Positions 11,609 to 29,560 of a stretch of 64,000 bases of DNA are shown piece after piece (the stretch's first letter is position 1; each line of letters starts with the position of its first letter). A program made the translations under genes and the position numbers. The notes beneath the pieces are model-generated. The model saw only the letters and a program-made list of their open reading frames with translations, was not told where the DNA came from and did no database searches. Source of the stretch: Octopus vulgaris (lineage: Eukaryota); assembly GCA_951406725.2 (NCBI GenBank), contig OX597814.1, forward strand, positions 43,648,001 through 43,712,000, read 5' to 3'.

Positions 11609-13735
11609 TATATATATATATATATATAATATATGCGCGCACTGATACGCCTACACCTACAAATATACTTGTATATGCTGTTTGATATGTAGGTAACCCT
11701 GCATTAAAAAGAAACATGCTAAATTTGGCGATTAGAGGCTATTAGTCTAAGGGTTTTACAGCAATAGTGCAATGTTTTCTATTATGAAGTAACCTCGGCT
11801 AGTAATATTTGAAAATATTAAGTAGCATATTCCAAATATATATTTACATCATATGACATATCTCTCGTTAGATATAAGCAGATTCCAATGTCTAAAATAA
11901 TAAAACATTTAGCTATATTGTGTTGCTATAACCAAACAAGGCGATAGTGACGTATCGAAGCTAATTTTGGACAGATTTTCGTAACACATCATTGTGTGAC
12001 GTGTCGAAGTTGTGACCGCTGGAAGAGCTTTGACTATAACTTAAATTATTTAACAATATTTACTACCAAACGATATATAAATTGAATTAATAAGCCTGTT
12101 TTTTTACTTTACTTTACACAAATTATAACTATGTGAAACAGTGAAACATCCGAAAATAATGAACATTATGTTCGTATATTATACCTTACAAAACCGTTTA
12201 TAGGAATAAGTTTCGCTAAAATGTCAAAATGAGAAAGAAGAGTCTACAATAATAAAATATGACATACTGATATTATCATTGTTATTATTAAAAGTCTAAT
12301 GTAGCATGGAGGTAAATTTGTAATTTACCCTTTCCACAAGATAAATAATATGTGGTTCTCTTTATACTTAGGATAGTTTATCTGGACGCGTGTGGATAAA
12401 TGACTCACTTATGTACTTCTAAATAATTATGAGTCCCTTGAGAATACTAGGCTTGCTCTCGTTACAAGATATCCGATCTAAGAGCACGCATGTTAGTCAC
12501 AACGTGAGTTAAATTCACTTAATACAACAGTTATGATGCAAAGAATGTAAGGCAAAAGTTAGCGTAAATTTTGTTGCTTATCCCTTACGTACCATTAAAA
12601 ATAATCCAATATTCACATAGAAAAGACACGTATAAACACGCACGCAGACTCCGACACGCGCACGCACACGCATCGCACAAAGACACCCATTATACTGCTT
12701 AGAGACAGACACACACAGATACTTATATGTGCGTATCCGTTTGTGCATTTACATATATGTATGATTGCACGTATGTAAAGTACAAAGAACATATGTTTAA
12801 ATAAATGGAATTGCATACGTATGCTTCTAGCATTTATCGAATACAGACACATAAGGACATTACTACTTGTCGAATTGTGTATGCATATGTACATATAATG
12901 ATAAATTGAATGTTTAAGCTAATTACGGTAGCTTTGTTAATATTACCAGGAATAATAAACCTTTGATTACAGTCCTATATCTATATATCCCTTGCGTCAG
13001 CATCAAAGATTATGAGAATCTAGATTGAGCTATTACGCCGCAGCTGATTAGATGCTTCTAGCTTCCATCTAGAACATGAAGGGAAGAATCAAAATAAACC
13101 GATTTTCCGGCTAAGCTTCTAAAACAATAGTCTTTCATCTGCTGACAAAATAAATGCGTGGTTTGCAACTACGGTCTAAGTCATTATTTAAATGGTTGAC
13201 AGTAAGAATTTGTTATGATATATAGTTATTGTAATTGATGCATTCTGTTATACGTTTATCGTATTTTATATCAGTACCACTAGAGAAAAATACTAAAACC
13301 TTCTTCATTCACCTGAATGACAGATTATAGGTTATGTCTCGCTTTCAATGTCTCTGATAAATGAATATCTCAATGCGTTAAGCAAGCTACTGAAACTACT
13401 TACGGTCACACGTTTCATTTTCTGGTATGGATATCTACAGAATAACTTTTCATCGTTTAATATGCATCAGTGACATAGGAAATAAATGTAAGGTATGATT
13501 GAATGGTGTGCGTTCTTTATCGTTTTGGATAGGTAATATCAACTGATGCTGTCATATTTCTGAGTAAATAAAACAGGTTAGTTTTGGACTCTGTACCTGT
13601 ATTAACGTGCATAGGCAAGTTAGGATTTAATTTCGCACAAGTGGGTGATAAAGGCTTGTTATTTGTATACAAAATATTTCGTGCGCATTTATGATCTTTC
13701 TTTCTTTCTCTCTCGCTCTCTGTCTATTTGTCTAC

Positions 13736-13794
<59 letters not shown>

Positions 13795-13832
13795 CACAGA
13801 TACACATACACACACATATATATGGATGGATG

Positions 13833-13872
<40 letters not shown>

Positions 13873-13876
<4 letters not shown>

Positions 13877-14273
13877 CGCAGGAGTGGCTGTGTGGTAAGT
13901 AGCTTGCTAACCAACTACATGGTTCCGGGTTCAGTCACACTGCGTGGCATCTTGGGAAAGTGTCTTCTGCTATAGCCCCGGGCCGACCAATGCCTTGTGA
14001 GTGGATTTGGTAGACGGAAACTGAAAGAAGCCTGTCGTATATATGTATATATATGTATGTGTGTGTATGTGTTTGTGTGTCTGTGTCCCCCTAACATTGC
14101 TTGACAACCGATGCTGGCTGGTATATTTACGTCCCCGTCACTTAGCGGTTCGGCAAAAAAGACCGATAGAATAAGTACTGGGCTTACAAAGAATAAGTCC
14201 CGGGGTCGATTTGCTCGACTAAAGGCGGTGCTCCAGCATGGCCGCAGTCAAATTACTGAAACAAGTAAAAGAG
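13873..14273 (+). mobile_element. Full-length CORE-like tRNA SINE
   Basis: Box A tggctgtgtgg, box B ggttcagtc, gtggcatcttgggaaagtgtc core, internal (TG) tract, tail aaacaagtaaaagag; four copies in the window. Confidence 0.92.
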
Positions 14274-14459
14274 TATATATATGTGTGTGCGTGTGTGTGT
14301 GTGTGTGTGCGTGTATCTGTGTCTGTGTCTGTGTATGTATGTATGTGTGTATACATTCACACAACACATACAATCGTATCTTTTTTGTGCTAATATTTTA
14401 ACATTATACGTGCAATTATGCAAGTATATGAAACCGTGCTTTAGCGTGTTGGATAATGC

Positions 14460-15284
14460 TCCAACACTACTATACAGAAGCATCTTCACCCGATGGGAAA
14501 GGATCAGAAGTATGGAGCATGGGTTCCGCATGCTTTAAGTGATAACAACACAAACCAACGAGCCACAATCTCAGCTGTTTTGGTTGCTCGTCACCGCTCA
14601 ACTCACAGACACAAGCAACGATTTCTTTACCGAATAGTTACTGGCGACGAAAAATGATTTATGTACATCAATATGAAGCAACATAAGGAATGGCTTAGCC
14701 CCGGTAAACAAGCGATACCGTGCGGGAAACATGAATTTCATCCGCCTAAAACGATGTTATGCGTATGGTGGGACTGGGAAGGGATTATCCATTACGAATT
14801 GCTTGAACGGAAACAAACGGTCAACGCGGGACTCTATGTTTAACAGATGTAACGACTCAACACAGCTATTCAAGAGAAAACACCTAATCGGCAGCACGGA
14901 GTTCTGCTGCACGACAACACCCACCCTCATCGCCAATATGACCAAGGAATTCATTCAAACGCATGGCTGAGCAGTGCTCCACACCCGGTGTACTCTTCTG
15001 ATTTGGCACCAACGGATTTCCACCTCTTTCGATTTCTTTCAAATGCTATGCGCGGAGTTTCGTTCAATACTGATGCAAAATTGAGAGCTTGGTTGGATCA
15101 ATTTTTCGAGTCGAAATCGGGTGATTTCTACGAACGAGGTATTGAAAATCTTGTTGAATGTTGGAAAGAAGTGGTAAGCAACAAGGTTGAATACATTATT
15201 GATTAATTAGTTGTTATTATTTATGAAACCTTTCAAAAGATTTTAATTTTAAAAAATCGTCGGGAACTTAGCTGCCAACCTACT
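14460..15284 (+). mobile_element. 5'-truncated mariner with right TIR
   Basis: WVPHAL, IVTGDEK*, MLCVWWDWEGIIHYELL, YSSDLAPTDFHLF; ends gggaacttagctgccaacctac-ta. Confidence 0.93.
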
Positions 15285-15800
15285 ATATCATGTTGACTCC
15301 ATTCTTCACATGTAAAAAGTACTTGCTATTTCCGATTGATGCTGATAGCTCACAATAAATTTGTTTTATCTGTACTTACCTACATTTAACGCATTCGTTC
15401 TGAAAGGACTTCAGTTTTAATTGCATCTTAAAACGCTGTTCAAAATGTAAATAACACCGACGGCGTGGTTTAAATGTAAATGGAATTATACTCCCAATAT
15501 AAATTATATATTAAAGAAATCTGTCGTTTAAATTATTTGGAATGTAGCAACAGTGAATCGGATTTTTTTTTATGATTTTATTTCCAATATAATGAAAGCC
15601 ATCAACCATGATATCCAGTCACAATTATTCTGTGTAGTGGCTCCCTACAGTACCTAATATAAATGTTGATGTCTGAAGAAACATGCAAAAATTCGAGAGA
15701 AGAAAGAATTGTTCGCAGAAGCATATCAAATGTGTAAGCTTGTTAAAACTGATAACAAGTGAAAGAGGTAAATGGCCGTTATTATCCTGAGCCAATATCA

Positions 15801-15995
15801 AGGCGGTGAGCTAGCAGAACTGTTAGCACGCCGGGCAAATTACTTAGCGTCTTTTGTCCGTCTTTATGTTATGAGTTAAAATTCCGCCGGGATTAACTTT
15901 GTCTTTCATATATTCGAGGTCGATAAAATAAGTACCATTTGAGCAATGGGGGTCGATGAAACCTACCCCTTGAACTTACTGGCTTTGTGCTAAAC
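15801..15995 (+). mobile_element. Meta-SINE-like SINE, diverged
   Basis: aggcggtgagctagcagaa..aattccgccg..gaggtcgataaaataagtacc, same family as 58556-58767. Confidence 0.8.
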
Positions 15996-17889
15996 AAGCC
16001 CAGCATACAGTTCGGCTTGCATCTATTGACGGATAATATACTGAAAATATTTTCAAATTTACAGTAAACTATTTATGTTTCTACAGATAAAAAATCGGTA
16101 AGTATTCAGAAATGTTTTGTAATAAATAAAAAGCTTACATATTATTAGAAGTAAATAGTGCCCACAATTTCTTTCTTTTCAAACATTTTGATCACACTTA
16201 TAATGTTATTAACAATATAATCATTATAGGGATATTCCTTCTATCCAAAACGTATCCATAATTTGCCAAATATGTATCCCGTTCTTTTTAACTGTAATAT
16301 AGTTTCAGCATCATGAAAGTAAATATCCACAACAAATTAATATGTTTCGTTAGTATCAGATCGAGACACATTAAAATTGATAGCTGAATGAAAATTTGAT
16401 GTACTGAAATAGTACGCTGAATAACTGAAGCTCAAATTGAAGTGTATATAAGGTTCAATATATCTCTGTGAAATTAGCAGTCAGGTAAATGTCAGCAGAT
16501 TTTATCTGAAAAGCTTTCCAAATTGTTCATCTCATGATGTAAGGTCTTGAGAACAATAATTGTTCCAGAAAATTCTAATAAAAATGGACTCTGTATTGAA
16601 TAACTTCAGGTTGAGTGCCCTGTAAAGCATTTTAATGCAATCATGAACAATATTTCAGATAAATTTAAGGTAGCTTTTGTTCTTAAAATTGATTTCTTCA
16701 TTACTTTCATAAATTCTGGAATCTCAAATTCCAGGTGAGTGACTTATTAATATAATATTGTTACATAATATAGAATTGCATATCAACGCATTGTCGGGGA
16801 TCTTTAGCTTAAAAATGAATTAGTTGTAAATATGATTTAGTGGACAGCAGATGATAGAATCATTGTTTAGGTGTTTCCTGCAAAGATAGATTGTATGGCC
16901 AGATAGCTGCAATTAATAGGATTCTGTAAGTAAAGGTTACCGAGAAGAATTTATATCATATTCGTTGCTAATAGAAAGCTATTGACTAAATACTGCTGCA
17001 TGAAATCTAGAAATACATTCCATAAAAGGCAGATTTTGCTCAGGGGAACAAAAGCCAAACTGGCTATGACGTTAATTACTATGACATGAGTATAAGTCTG
17101 TATCGCCAGTGGAGTTCACTTAACAAGAAATCTTATTTAACCTTGCTATTTTGAAGTATGAACAAATTTACTATTTTCAATCCAGATCGATCATCTTCAA
17201 ACTTCATCTATTCAGCGCTGCTTCCTAGAAAAACGTATATAAGCTATTGGAAGTATTTCTTCTCATTTATTACGTTTAATCTGTAAGTAAATAGCCACCA
17301 TCCATGCGGATGAAAAATAACAATATTTGCAATTTGTAAAATGACGTACTTAATAAGAAGATAGTAATGAATGTCATCAAATAAAATATTTATAGAATAA
17401 ACGCAAATTACTTTGATATCAACGCAGCTTGGCCCAGCAGAAAACAAGATAATTTCAAAATATATATATTCTATACGCCTACATAGAGATAGGAAAAAAT
17501 TTATTTCACAACAAAGTATTTGTTTAAGGATGACTAAATAACACGGAAGTATGAACTTACTCAGTAAGTCTAAATTTTATTTACACATTACATTGTAAAA
17601 ACAATTAGTTGAACGAAAAATATTTTAACGCTATATTATCATTCGTAGCATATTGATTTTATGCAACACTATTACAATAAACAAAACAATGATTTTACTA
17701 TTTTTTATGTTATTCATTTATTAGTAATAACAAAACAGAATTTTTGAAAAGAAAACGTACACTTCTGCCATAATTACTTTATAAATGTCATAGCAAAATG
17801 TATTTGCATATGTATATTATGTAGTTGTTTGGTGGAACATTAAATATACACTAAAGTAGAGGAGGGCATTGACTTTATACATAGTAAAC

Positions 17890-20480
<2,591 letters not shown>

Positions 20481-20974
20481 TATGTTTAAAAATACCAAGT
20501 GCGAATTGAAATAAGGCCATTATGCTAAGGGTCTGGTAAATAGATAGCACATTAGTTAAACAACAACAATTCGTATAACTAATCGAATCTTTTCAAGGCA
20601 TAACCTCAAGTATACAATCTACTGTCTATCCCATTGTCTATCCCATTGTCTATCCCTTAATATATCTAAGACCCATACCGACGTAAACAAGAGTAAATTG
20701 ATATGAAAACTAACTGCCTACAATATTCATTTCCAAATTTCGCTGTTGTTCACAAGATCAGAATGCATATTGAAACCATGACAGTGCAGATTTGTAGCCT
20801 TACAATTTGTCATCAAATCTCAGTTTAATTCCAAACGTCCACAACTATATTAACCATGATCAATATAAGTTCCACGAGAGCTAAAAACGTTAGATTACCT
20901 CTATTTCTTTACTTGCTTTTCTCTTTTTCTTCTTTTTCATTTCCCACCAAAGTTCACCAGTAAGAAATATATAC

Positions 20975-21041
<67 letters not shown>

Positions 21042-21614
21042 CAACATTACAGGGAATTCGTATCAGCGACATGCGAATGTGGTCAGGAATAAAAAATTTG
21101 CTTTTTCTTATTCATGCCATACCTTGGCCATTGCAAGGAGATATCATTGTATTTCTAAACTAAACAACCTGTTTTGCCCTCATGTTTCTGGCATACTGCC
21201 GACGCCCGGAGAAATACCACGATTGCGGTAATAAGTATACAGTTATCAACATGTTTCACAACGCTCGATAGGGAAATATTTTCTCCTATCACTTCCCTGT
21301 TCATTAAACTTTGATGTTAGTGGAGTTTCTGGCGGAGAGTATATACATTTTTTAGTCTTGGTGTTAGTACCTCGAGTACGCTCAAAGTATTTCAGCTTTT
21401 GTCGTCTCTGATGCCCAAATTGTACTGCTTGACATTCCAAAAGCGTTAACTTCGTAATTAAGTACTTCTACATATACATACTTTGCAGCAAATTGAAATA
21501 CACATATAGAAAGTGTGAATGAGAGGATTAGATGATGGGTAGATGCAGCGAGTTAGATAAATAAAAATGAGAGAGAGACAAAGGTGACAGTTAAAGAGAC
21601 AAGTAGATACACTG

Positions 21615-21709
21615 ACAGACCAACCAGACAGACAGACAGACAAACAAACATGCAGACGTGCATGCAGACAGACAGCCATACATACATACAGACAGACATA
21701 CAGACAGAC

Positions 21710-21800
<91 letters not shown>

Positions 21801-21818
21801 CAGATAAATAGATAGATA
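21615..21818. repeat. (GACA)n/(GATA)n tetranucleotide satellite
   Basis: Directly visible. Confidence 0.95.
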
Positions 21819-21862
21819 CTCAGACAAACATATATGTGTAAATGTTCCACAGTATAACTATA

Positions 21863-22283
21863 TAGGCGCAGGAATGGCTGTGTGGTAAGTAGTTTGCTTA
21901 CCAACCACATGGTCACGGGTTCAGTTCAACTGCGTGGCACCTTGAGCAAATGTCTTCTATAGCCTCGGGCCGACCAGAGCCTTGTGAGTGGATTTGGTAG
22001 GCGGAAACTGGAAGAAGCCCGTCGTATATGTATATATAAATATATATGTGTATGTGTGTATATGTTTGTGTGTCTGTGTTTGTCCCCCCAACATCGCTTG
22101 ACAACCGATGCTGATGTGTTTACGTCCCAGTAACTTAGCTTAGCGATTCGGCAAAAGAGACCGATAGAATAAGTACTACGCTTACACAAAATAAGCACTG
22201 GCGTCGTTTTACTCGACTAAAGGCGGTGCTCCAGCATGGCCACAGTCACAGTGACTGAAACAAGTAAAAGAGAGAAAAGAGAG
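21863..22283 (+). mobile_element. Full-length CORE-like tRNA SINE
   Basis: Colinear with 13873-14273. Confidence 0.92.
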
Positions 22284-23026
22284 ATATTAGTACACGTGAT
22301 CTATCCATGAAAATCCTATCCTCACATCTGGCTCCAACAAAGCACTAGTTTCTTTTCAGCCCTATTTTTAATATAAATTACCGTCGCAAAGCACCTTTAA
22401 TACTATAAATGTTCGAAGATTCTCTTGTACCGTTGTAGGACGCATATTATGATAGTTTTCGTTTGATATATTTTATACTGAATTGTCAAAGTCGAATACC
22501 CATTCACTGATGCTATAGTAATAATGCTGTATTTATGATTAGACAAAGATCATTGTTAGTTAACTCCAAACTACTTTATCACTTTTTAGTCTTCTGTGAA
22601 TGTCCTCAACTTTGACTTACATCAATCTGAAAAAATGACAAACGCTGTACATGGGTTATGACATCTATTCACAGTTGACATCATACATACATGTCTACAT
22701 ATTTTCTGTGTATTGCTTACTGTTTGATATTCAATCCCACCCTGACATTATTCACCTCAATCCTATCTATTATCTCTATTTTTCATCCACGCAATATTCT
22801 GAGTATGACGAATTGCAAACAATAGATTTTTCACTTCATCTTCATCATAGCCAGGAATGAGCATAATAGCCTAACATGTTTTGAAAACCTATATTACCTC
22901 ACAGAATCCTTACAATATAATGCGTGTGGGCGCGCGCGTTTGTTTGCGAGCGGGCGTGCATGTGTGTGTATGCATATCTGTATCTATTGACACATTTGTC
23001 TATCTCCAAATAACTATTTCTACCTT

Positions 23027-23172
<146 letters not shown>

Positions 23173-24590
23173 TAATCTACAAATTATGAATAGGAAATAA
23201 ATTAATACTGAAAGTAAATTTAAACGTATTGTTTTCTAGTATATATACGCATATATATGAGTTCTTGAGTGCGTAAATTTTTTTTTTCATTCAGATTATA
23301 TTAATCAACATCAGGTTATTACACTGGTGATGATGATGTACTTTGAAATGTTGCTACACAATGAATTGATGCTGTAGAATTGTTCCTTGTATAGACTTAT
23401 GTACTTAATATTAATTGTCTTATTACCAGCCCGCCAAATATTAGTACTGTAAACTTTTCAACAAAATGAAGAGATACATCATAAGATTATTAACTCGGCA
23501 CACGTATTGCAATTTGCAATCAATCTGATAGCCATGCAACAGTCAGCTAGTTGGCTCTTTAGCTCCCTACCATGTTCGGTGAAGTGCTTGAAAAATTTGA
23601 ATCATGCTCCTTGTTTAAAGATGAGTATTACGGATATGTAAAGTTAACAACACATTAAAAGCAATACAATCTGATAATAAAGAAATATATTGAGAAAAAA
23701 TCTAACTAGATGAAATAGAATATATAGGGAAAATTGTGAGATCAGGCATCGCCGAAAGAGGTCTACGTCAGTGTGATAGGAATAAAGATATACAATGAAG
23801 AGGATTATAAATCAGCATGAAGATTAGAAGAAAAACTTAATGTGAATGACTGATTGGTTCTGACGTTCCTCCAAGAAAACTGGTAAAAGACCCACCTAAT
23901 CAAGTATTTATTAAACGCGTCAGCAAAATATCAGGTGCACTTTAGGATTATAAACAAGATCAGATATACTCCCGGTATCTTATTAATACTGATATAAACG
24001 TAGCATTGAGAATTAAAATTTTAATCAGCAAAGTGTCAACCCGTTTATTTTATATATGTACTAAATACATGTATATTATAAATCAAGAATTTGGCCTGAA
24101 CATACTTTTCCGAGGTTTTTCAACGAATTAACATCAAAGAAATACATGAGTGCTGCTTTTGATAGCATAAGTGTTTGTACTATATTCATCTTAGTACTAA
24201 CCGTGGGTTTTCAGCTGACTGGAATCGATGGCATGATTAAAACACTGTGTGCTAAAAATAAAATTAGCAACGCATATGCATGTTCTTAGCATTTGGATAT
24301 TTTGTTCACTTAGCCAATACATCTATCATGCAACGATACTCTGAACCCTCGACTATTTCATACAAATTTACTTCAGTAAATTTTTCCTTTCCAGATGCTT
24401 ATATTTCCCCCAAATACACCAGTATTACCAATTCATTTTCCTCAATTTCAATATTCGATTCCATGATTCAATGAACATTCTCAGTTAAATAATTTTATAT
24501 TCTAGATGTTGTGAGATCTCATTTGCATTTTCTATTATATTGTTGTCACTAATTTGATTAAGACAATCGATTTGCAAATATTATCTGAGG

Positions 24591-24640
24591 CGTTCACCTA
24601 TAGTGGGTGAACAATCCAACGCTTTGCGAATTCTGCTTCG

Positions 24641-24672
<32 letters not shown>

Positions 24673-24714
24673 GAAAGCGACGTCGCTGCGAACGCTTGGC
24701 CGCCACAAACCAGT
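24591..24714 (-). pseudogene. 28S rRNA fragment (domain V, peptidyl-transferase region)
   Basis: Reverse complement contains gatccttcgatgtcggctcttcctatcattg..gcagaattc..aagcgttggattgttcacccacta, the conserved eukaryotic LSU sequence; isolated 124 bp. Confidence 0.95.
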
Positions 24715-25824
24715 GTATGCCTGCAATAACAAACAAAACTTGTCAAAGGCACGCAACTTATCCAGTGGTATGTTGGTTTCAAAAGTGATTTTCATTTGAA
24801 ATATGTAAGGTGCACCAGTCACAAAGAAGAGCATGATAAAAAGTTAGACGAATCAAGATGCGTAAATTCAATATGATAAAAATATATTCCGAAAACGCAG
24901 CTTTCAGAACAGATTGGCCTGCAGCTTTCAGTTTAGTAAATCCAATCAATTTCTCTAGAGGATATTCTGGCCATTCCATGCACGGCTGCCAAAATATAAT
25001 TACTCTGGACCTGCTTAATTGTTGTCATATTAAGAGCATGAGCGTGGTGTCAAGTGTAAAGAAGACACGTGGCTTGACCCTTTCTTTAACTTAATTGAAC
25101 CATTCTATTCACTTATTGAAATATAAGATCCACCAAACTACAAAGCTACAGTATTCTGCAATCTTTATTCGAAATATTCCGACATAGACATCAGCTGTTG
25201 GTATAGTCCATATCTAGTAACAGCTATAACTTTTTTCGGAGATGAGAAATAGTATTATTTTAATTAATACAACACAACATGTATCAAACTAATCGTTGTG
25301 TATTTAGTACTATCAATCTCTATATCGATTGAAAATTGTTTAACAAAATAATGATACAAAAAAGGTACAAATTTTAGAGTTGTCTTTGGATAACACGGAT
25401 ATTAATTTTCCATACCATTCTGATCATTCTATTTCTTATTTAAAAGCTTCTTTTTTCCTCTGCCCTTACAGACTTAAACAATTTTGTTTATGTAGATGTA
25501 GCTGTCCACAACGAAACCAATCGCGAACAGAAGTAATACGCTTGCTGAAATGTTAACATGGCCAATAACCTGTTCAGTTTTGTCTTTTATTTTTCCAATT
25601 CTAAGATCCCATTCACTACAATCTCTTTGTCTATCAAGGCAGGTTTATGACAGCAATAATTCATTGGCCGATTAGGTTCTTCATATCTTTTGTTAGTTAA
25701 ATTTAGACAGATGATAAGCTACATTATCGTTAAAAATATTATCTGAAATTAAAAATTTTGGCTGTTGAAATCTCTCCTCACTCACTCTTATAGTTTGATT
25801 GTTATCACTTTGTTTTACGATTAT

Positions 25825-26105
25825 ACTAGCTGATTTACCCGGCAACAATAACTAGAAAAGCGTGGTTATTTCCAGTTCCCGTTCCAATTACACTGTTTCA
25901 TGTCCTATCCCATTCCCTGTTCACTTTTCGTTTTAGTTCCACTCCCATTCCTATCCCTAATCCTATGTCAATATATAAATTTTAGAATCAGTTAGGTGTA
26001 ATTAAGCCACTAAATGTTTTATTAACTTTCATGGTAATAGTTTATTGATAAAAATAGGTATTACAAACTATTGACACGATTAGTGGGTGAATAGGGAATG
26101 TTCCT
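25825..26105 (-). mobile_element. Helitron-like non-autonomous element end
   Basis: actagctgatttacccggc terminus (minus strand ends CTAG-T) followed by degenerate ttcccg/ttccca repeats; similar terminus at 40447. Confidence 0.45.
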
Positions 26106-28039
26106 ATATTATTTTAACAAACGAATATGCATATGAATAAAATAAATGAACTGTAGTCAGCAAGATAAATTTAGAGACATTTTTTCCATGTCAATTTATC
26201 TACCAATATTTTTTCTAACAAATAAGGGTCATTCTTAAAGAGTTCCACCAGTAGTTTCCTTCTAGCTAATACCCTCTTTGAAAATATAAATCATGATGTA
26301 AATGAAATTTATAAAATTCACATCAAAGCGCTAGTGTGCTCGGTGCAATAATAGTCTCAATTCAGTTTGAAATTCAATGAAATTTAAAGCAGCTTTCATT
26401 TATCTCCGGGTATTAGATTACCAACTATAAATATTTCAAAGTGATTTAGGGAAAACTTACATACTGACGCAGCTGAGAGCTGCATTGAAAATTGGTGTCC
26501 AATTGACAACATTTAAGAAAAATTAAACCACGCGGTAAATTACGTTGCTACCACAATAACTATTATGAAGTGATGCTTATAATCGATAATATTCGGCTAT
26601 TTGAACATGTTTAGACAATTTGAACATGTTTGTCAATGATGTACGGAGGCTTTTAAGGAGGATTATTATGAATGAAATGTAGTAAGGCAAAGTCTGTAAT
26701 GGAAGGTAAATTAACAAAATATTTGACGAAATCTGTAGTTACGTCTCACTAGAAACATACTGCACTTTGATGATAAATTGAAATTAAAATAGTTAAAAAA
26801 TGAGAAATTAGAGTGGTGTTGGGCTACAATTGAATATGAAAAAAAAAACGGTTGCAGGTTTTTCTTTGTATTTTCGGATAACTACAGGTTAACCTAACGG
26901 CGCTCACGATGTGAGAGACGAAGGATATTGAATACAATTGGATGGGTATATAGGTAGTGGCTAATGTACACAATTGACGATATAAAATGTCTGAAATGTA
27001 AGGAGCATGATGATTGTTATAGTAAAATTTTTACTTATATTTGCAGATTTGAAAATGGGATAAGGATAACGATAGGTAATCCCTAATTATTTTATTTATA
27101 GAACATGATATATAAAAGTTTGAGCAATTATTGAGTGAATATAATCTAAAGAGGCTACTGTACTCGGAATGCATATTAATCCACTTAGTTACTGAACTTA
27201 TTTATGCTAAAATCTCAAAAGAAATGAAAATGATTCAGGGTAAATCCAAGCTCAGTTAATTACCGAAGGTAATGCAGTAGTATTGTGTTGTCAGGATTCG
27301 AAGAGTTATTTTGAAAATAAGTTGTTTCTAATGAGAGATGACAGTTTATAGGCATTATAAGGAAGTGTTAAAAAGAAGTTTGGAGTGTTCAGAACAGAAT
27401 GGTATTTCACTCCACAGGGTAAATAGAAAGAAACAGAGTGTGGGAAAGTTGAAAGATAATATATAGCACATCTGGGAATTACTAGATTTTGTGGTGAACA
27501 TGGAGGGACATTCGGGATATTGAGAATGTAAAAGTTGGTACCAGATAGTGTAACTCGCTTCTAAAAGCGTTGTGAACACCGACTAATAAAGGCCGAGTTT
27601 CCTACAACCGAATTGGTTATTGAGTTAACAGACTGAAACGTTTTCTATAGAGTACTTTGAAATGTATTTATGTAACCAGTCGCCCCGTTTGACCGATAAA
27701 TTAAATATCAGGTAAGGGATACAGCGGATTAAAATTTGTTGTTTCCGTCAATATTAAAAATCATTAATTTAAATAATATGGTCTATAGTAAATTTCACTG
27801 TGTGGCATATAAACAGTTTCTAGAAAAAAATATAAATTTCATTCACAATTATTGCGGAAAAAATTGAAAGTGTATCTGTACACTCTCAACAGTTATCTAT
27901 ATGCTATCATGAGTGACTGTTCATTATGTTGCAGGTGTTGAAATAGTACGTCCATCAAGAAAATTACAATTTAGAAATTATTCAATTCATAAGAGAACAT
28001 TGCGGCTATCTTTACGTGTATATTTCAATAGATATGTAA

Positions 28040-28070
<31 letters not shown>

Positions 28071-28101
28071 GGTTGTCTAGGTTGTATGTGTAATTTGCAT
28101 G

Positions 28102-28170
<69 letters not shown>

Positions 28171-28889
28171 GCAGGTCGACGCTATATTTCATTGCTTAAA
28201 AACATATAAGTTATCATTCAAGCACTGTGTCGATTTCATCGAGTATCGTCTGGAGATGATATTGGACGAAGGAGAAAACTAACTAATGACAGGAAACGGA
28301 AAAACTAGTAATTACATGCTATATTTAATAACGTTAAACTCTAATTACGAGAGCATGTACCACTCAGGACATTTGAATCAATTACCTTCCTTTGGTAGTT
28401 CAATACATTTTGCGTATCCTTTTTATCGAGACAAAAATGTCTCCAAAAATAAACTGTTCATATGTCAACTGTATATCAATTCATGATGATGAACATGTTG
28501 ATGATGGTGATGATGATGACGACGTCTACGACCCCAACAATGAGCGTGATTGTAAGATGATGATAATGATGATGTTGAAGAGGATAATGTTGCTGATTAG
28601 GATGAGATAATTAGAAGGACATACAATGCTGGTCATAATGATAATGAAGATAATTCGTATATATTTAAGCCACACAAACCCTTATACGGCTGCTATATAT
28701 GAATCAGAAACGTCGCAGTAAATATATTTTCAGAATATCATATAATCTTCAATTGCATATATTTATATTTATTGGTGTTTATATGATCCATGTAGTCTTG
28801 GACTGAGCAACACGTTCAGGTGAGTCTCAGAAGTCACACGCTACCCCTCGAAGCTTACTAATAAAATCTCCCTTCACTTTGATCTCATC

Positions 28890-29560
28890 CTAAGATGCAA
28901 GATGACCTCTGCAATTCAGATCAACATTGCCAAATATCATTCTTCTTAGAAGAATTATAGAAGAGCTTAGAATCTCCAAGTAAACGGCATTGGTGGTTTT
29001 CGTTGATTTTTACAAAGTATTTGATAGCTGGCTTCACCTGGAAGGTCAAGTTACATACATTGCAGGACTATTGTAACACAAATGTGATAGGCACAGCATA
29101 GACTATCATACAAAGAAATCCTTAAGTCTTTCTACGTACAATCCAACAAAACCTTCCGACAATTGTAGGAATAATTCAGAAAGAGGGAGAAAGGGAGAGA
29201 AACAGGATGGGAGAGAGACGGTTGGAGAAAAACAGAGAGAGATTGACAGGGAAGTGATCATATCTTCTTTTCTTTTTATGATCGTAGAAGATAGGATATT
29301 TAGCCAATATCTTAACTCAATCCCTGTCAAGTGCTTCACCATTACACAAAAACAAAAACTAAAACAAACCGGGTCATCAGATCGTAAATACTGATCGTAC
29401 ACATTTGTTGGATTTTCCCTTAGAATTTATGAACTTCAGGATACACATAATTTGTTAACATCTGTCAATAAGTCTGTAGTCAAAATCAGTCTGACCATCA
29501 ATACAACAACAAAATATTGAAACGTGCCAATCAGATGGTATGAAAAGCACCTGCCTATTT
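28890..29560 (+). mobile_element. Decayed RTE-type RT fragment
   Basis: 28945-29028 translates LRRIIEELRISK*TALVVFVDFYKVFDS; boundaries approximate. Confidence 0.6.

Noticed and set aside
16081-16740. Splice-like signals (ctacag-11 nt-gtaagt at 16081-16103; cag/gtgagt at 16732-16740; also ~28817)
   Set aside because: No recognisable coding chain, and such motifs are expected by chance in 64 kb. RNA-seq would be needed; host exons cannot be excluded.
20624-20657. tgtctatcccat repeated three times
   Set aside because: Simple 12-bp tandem slippage with no spacers; not CRISPR-like.
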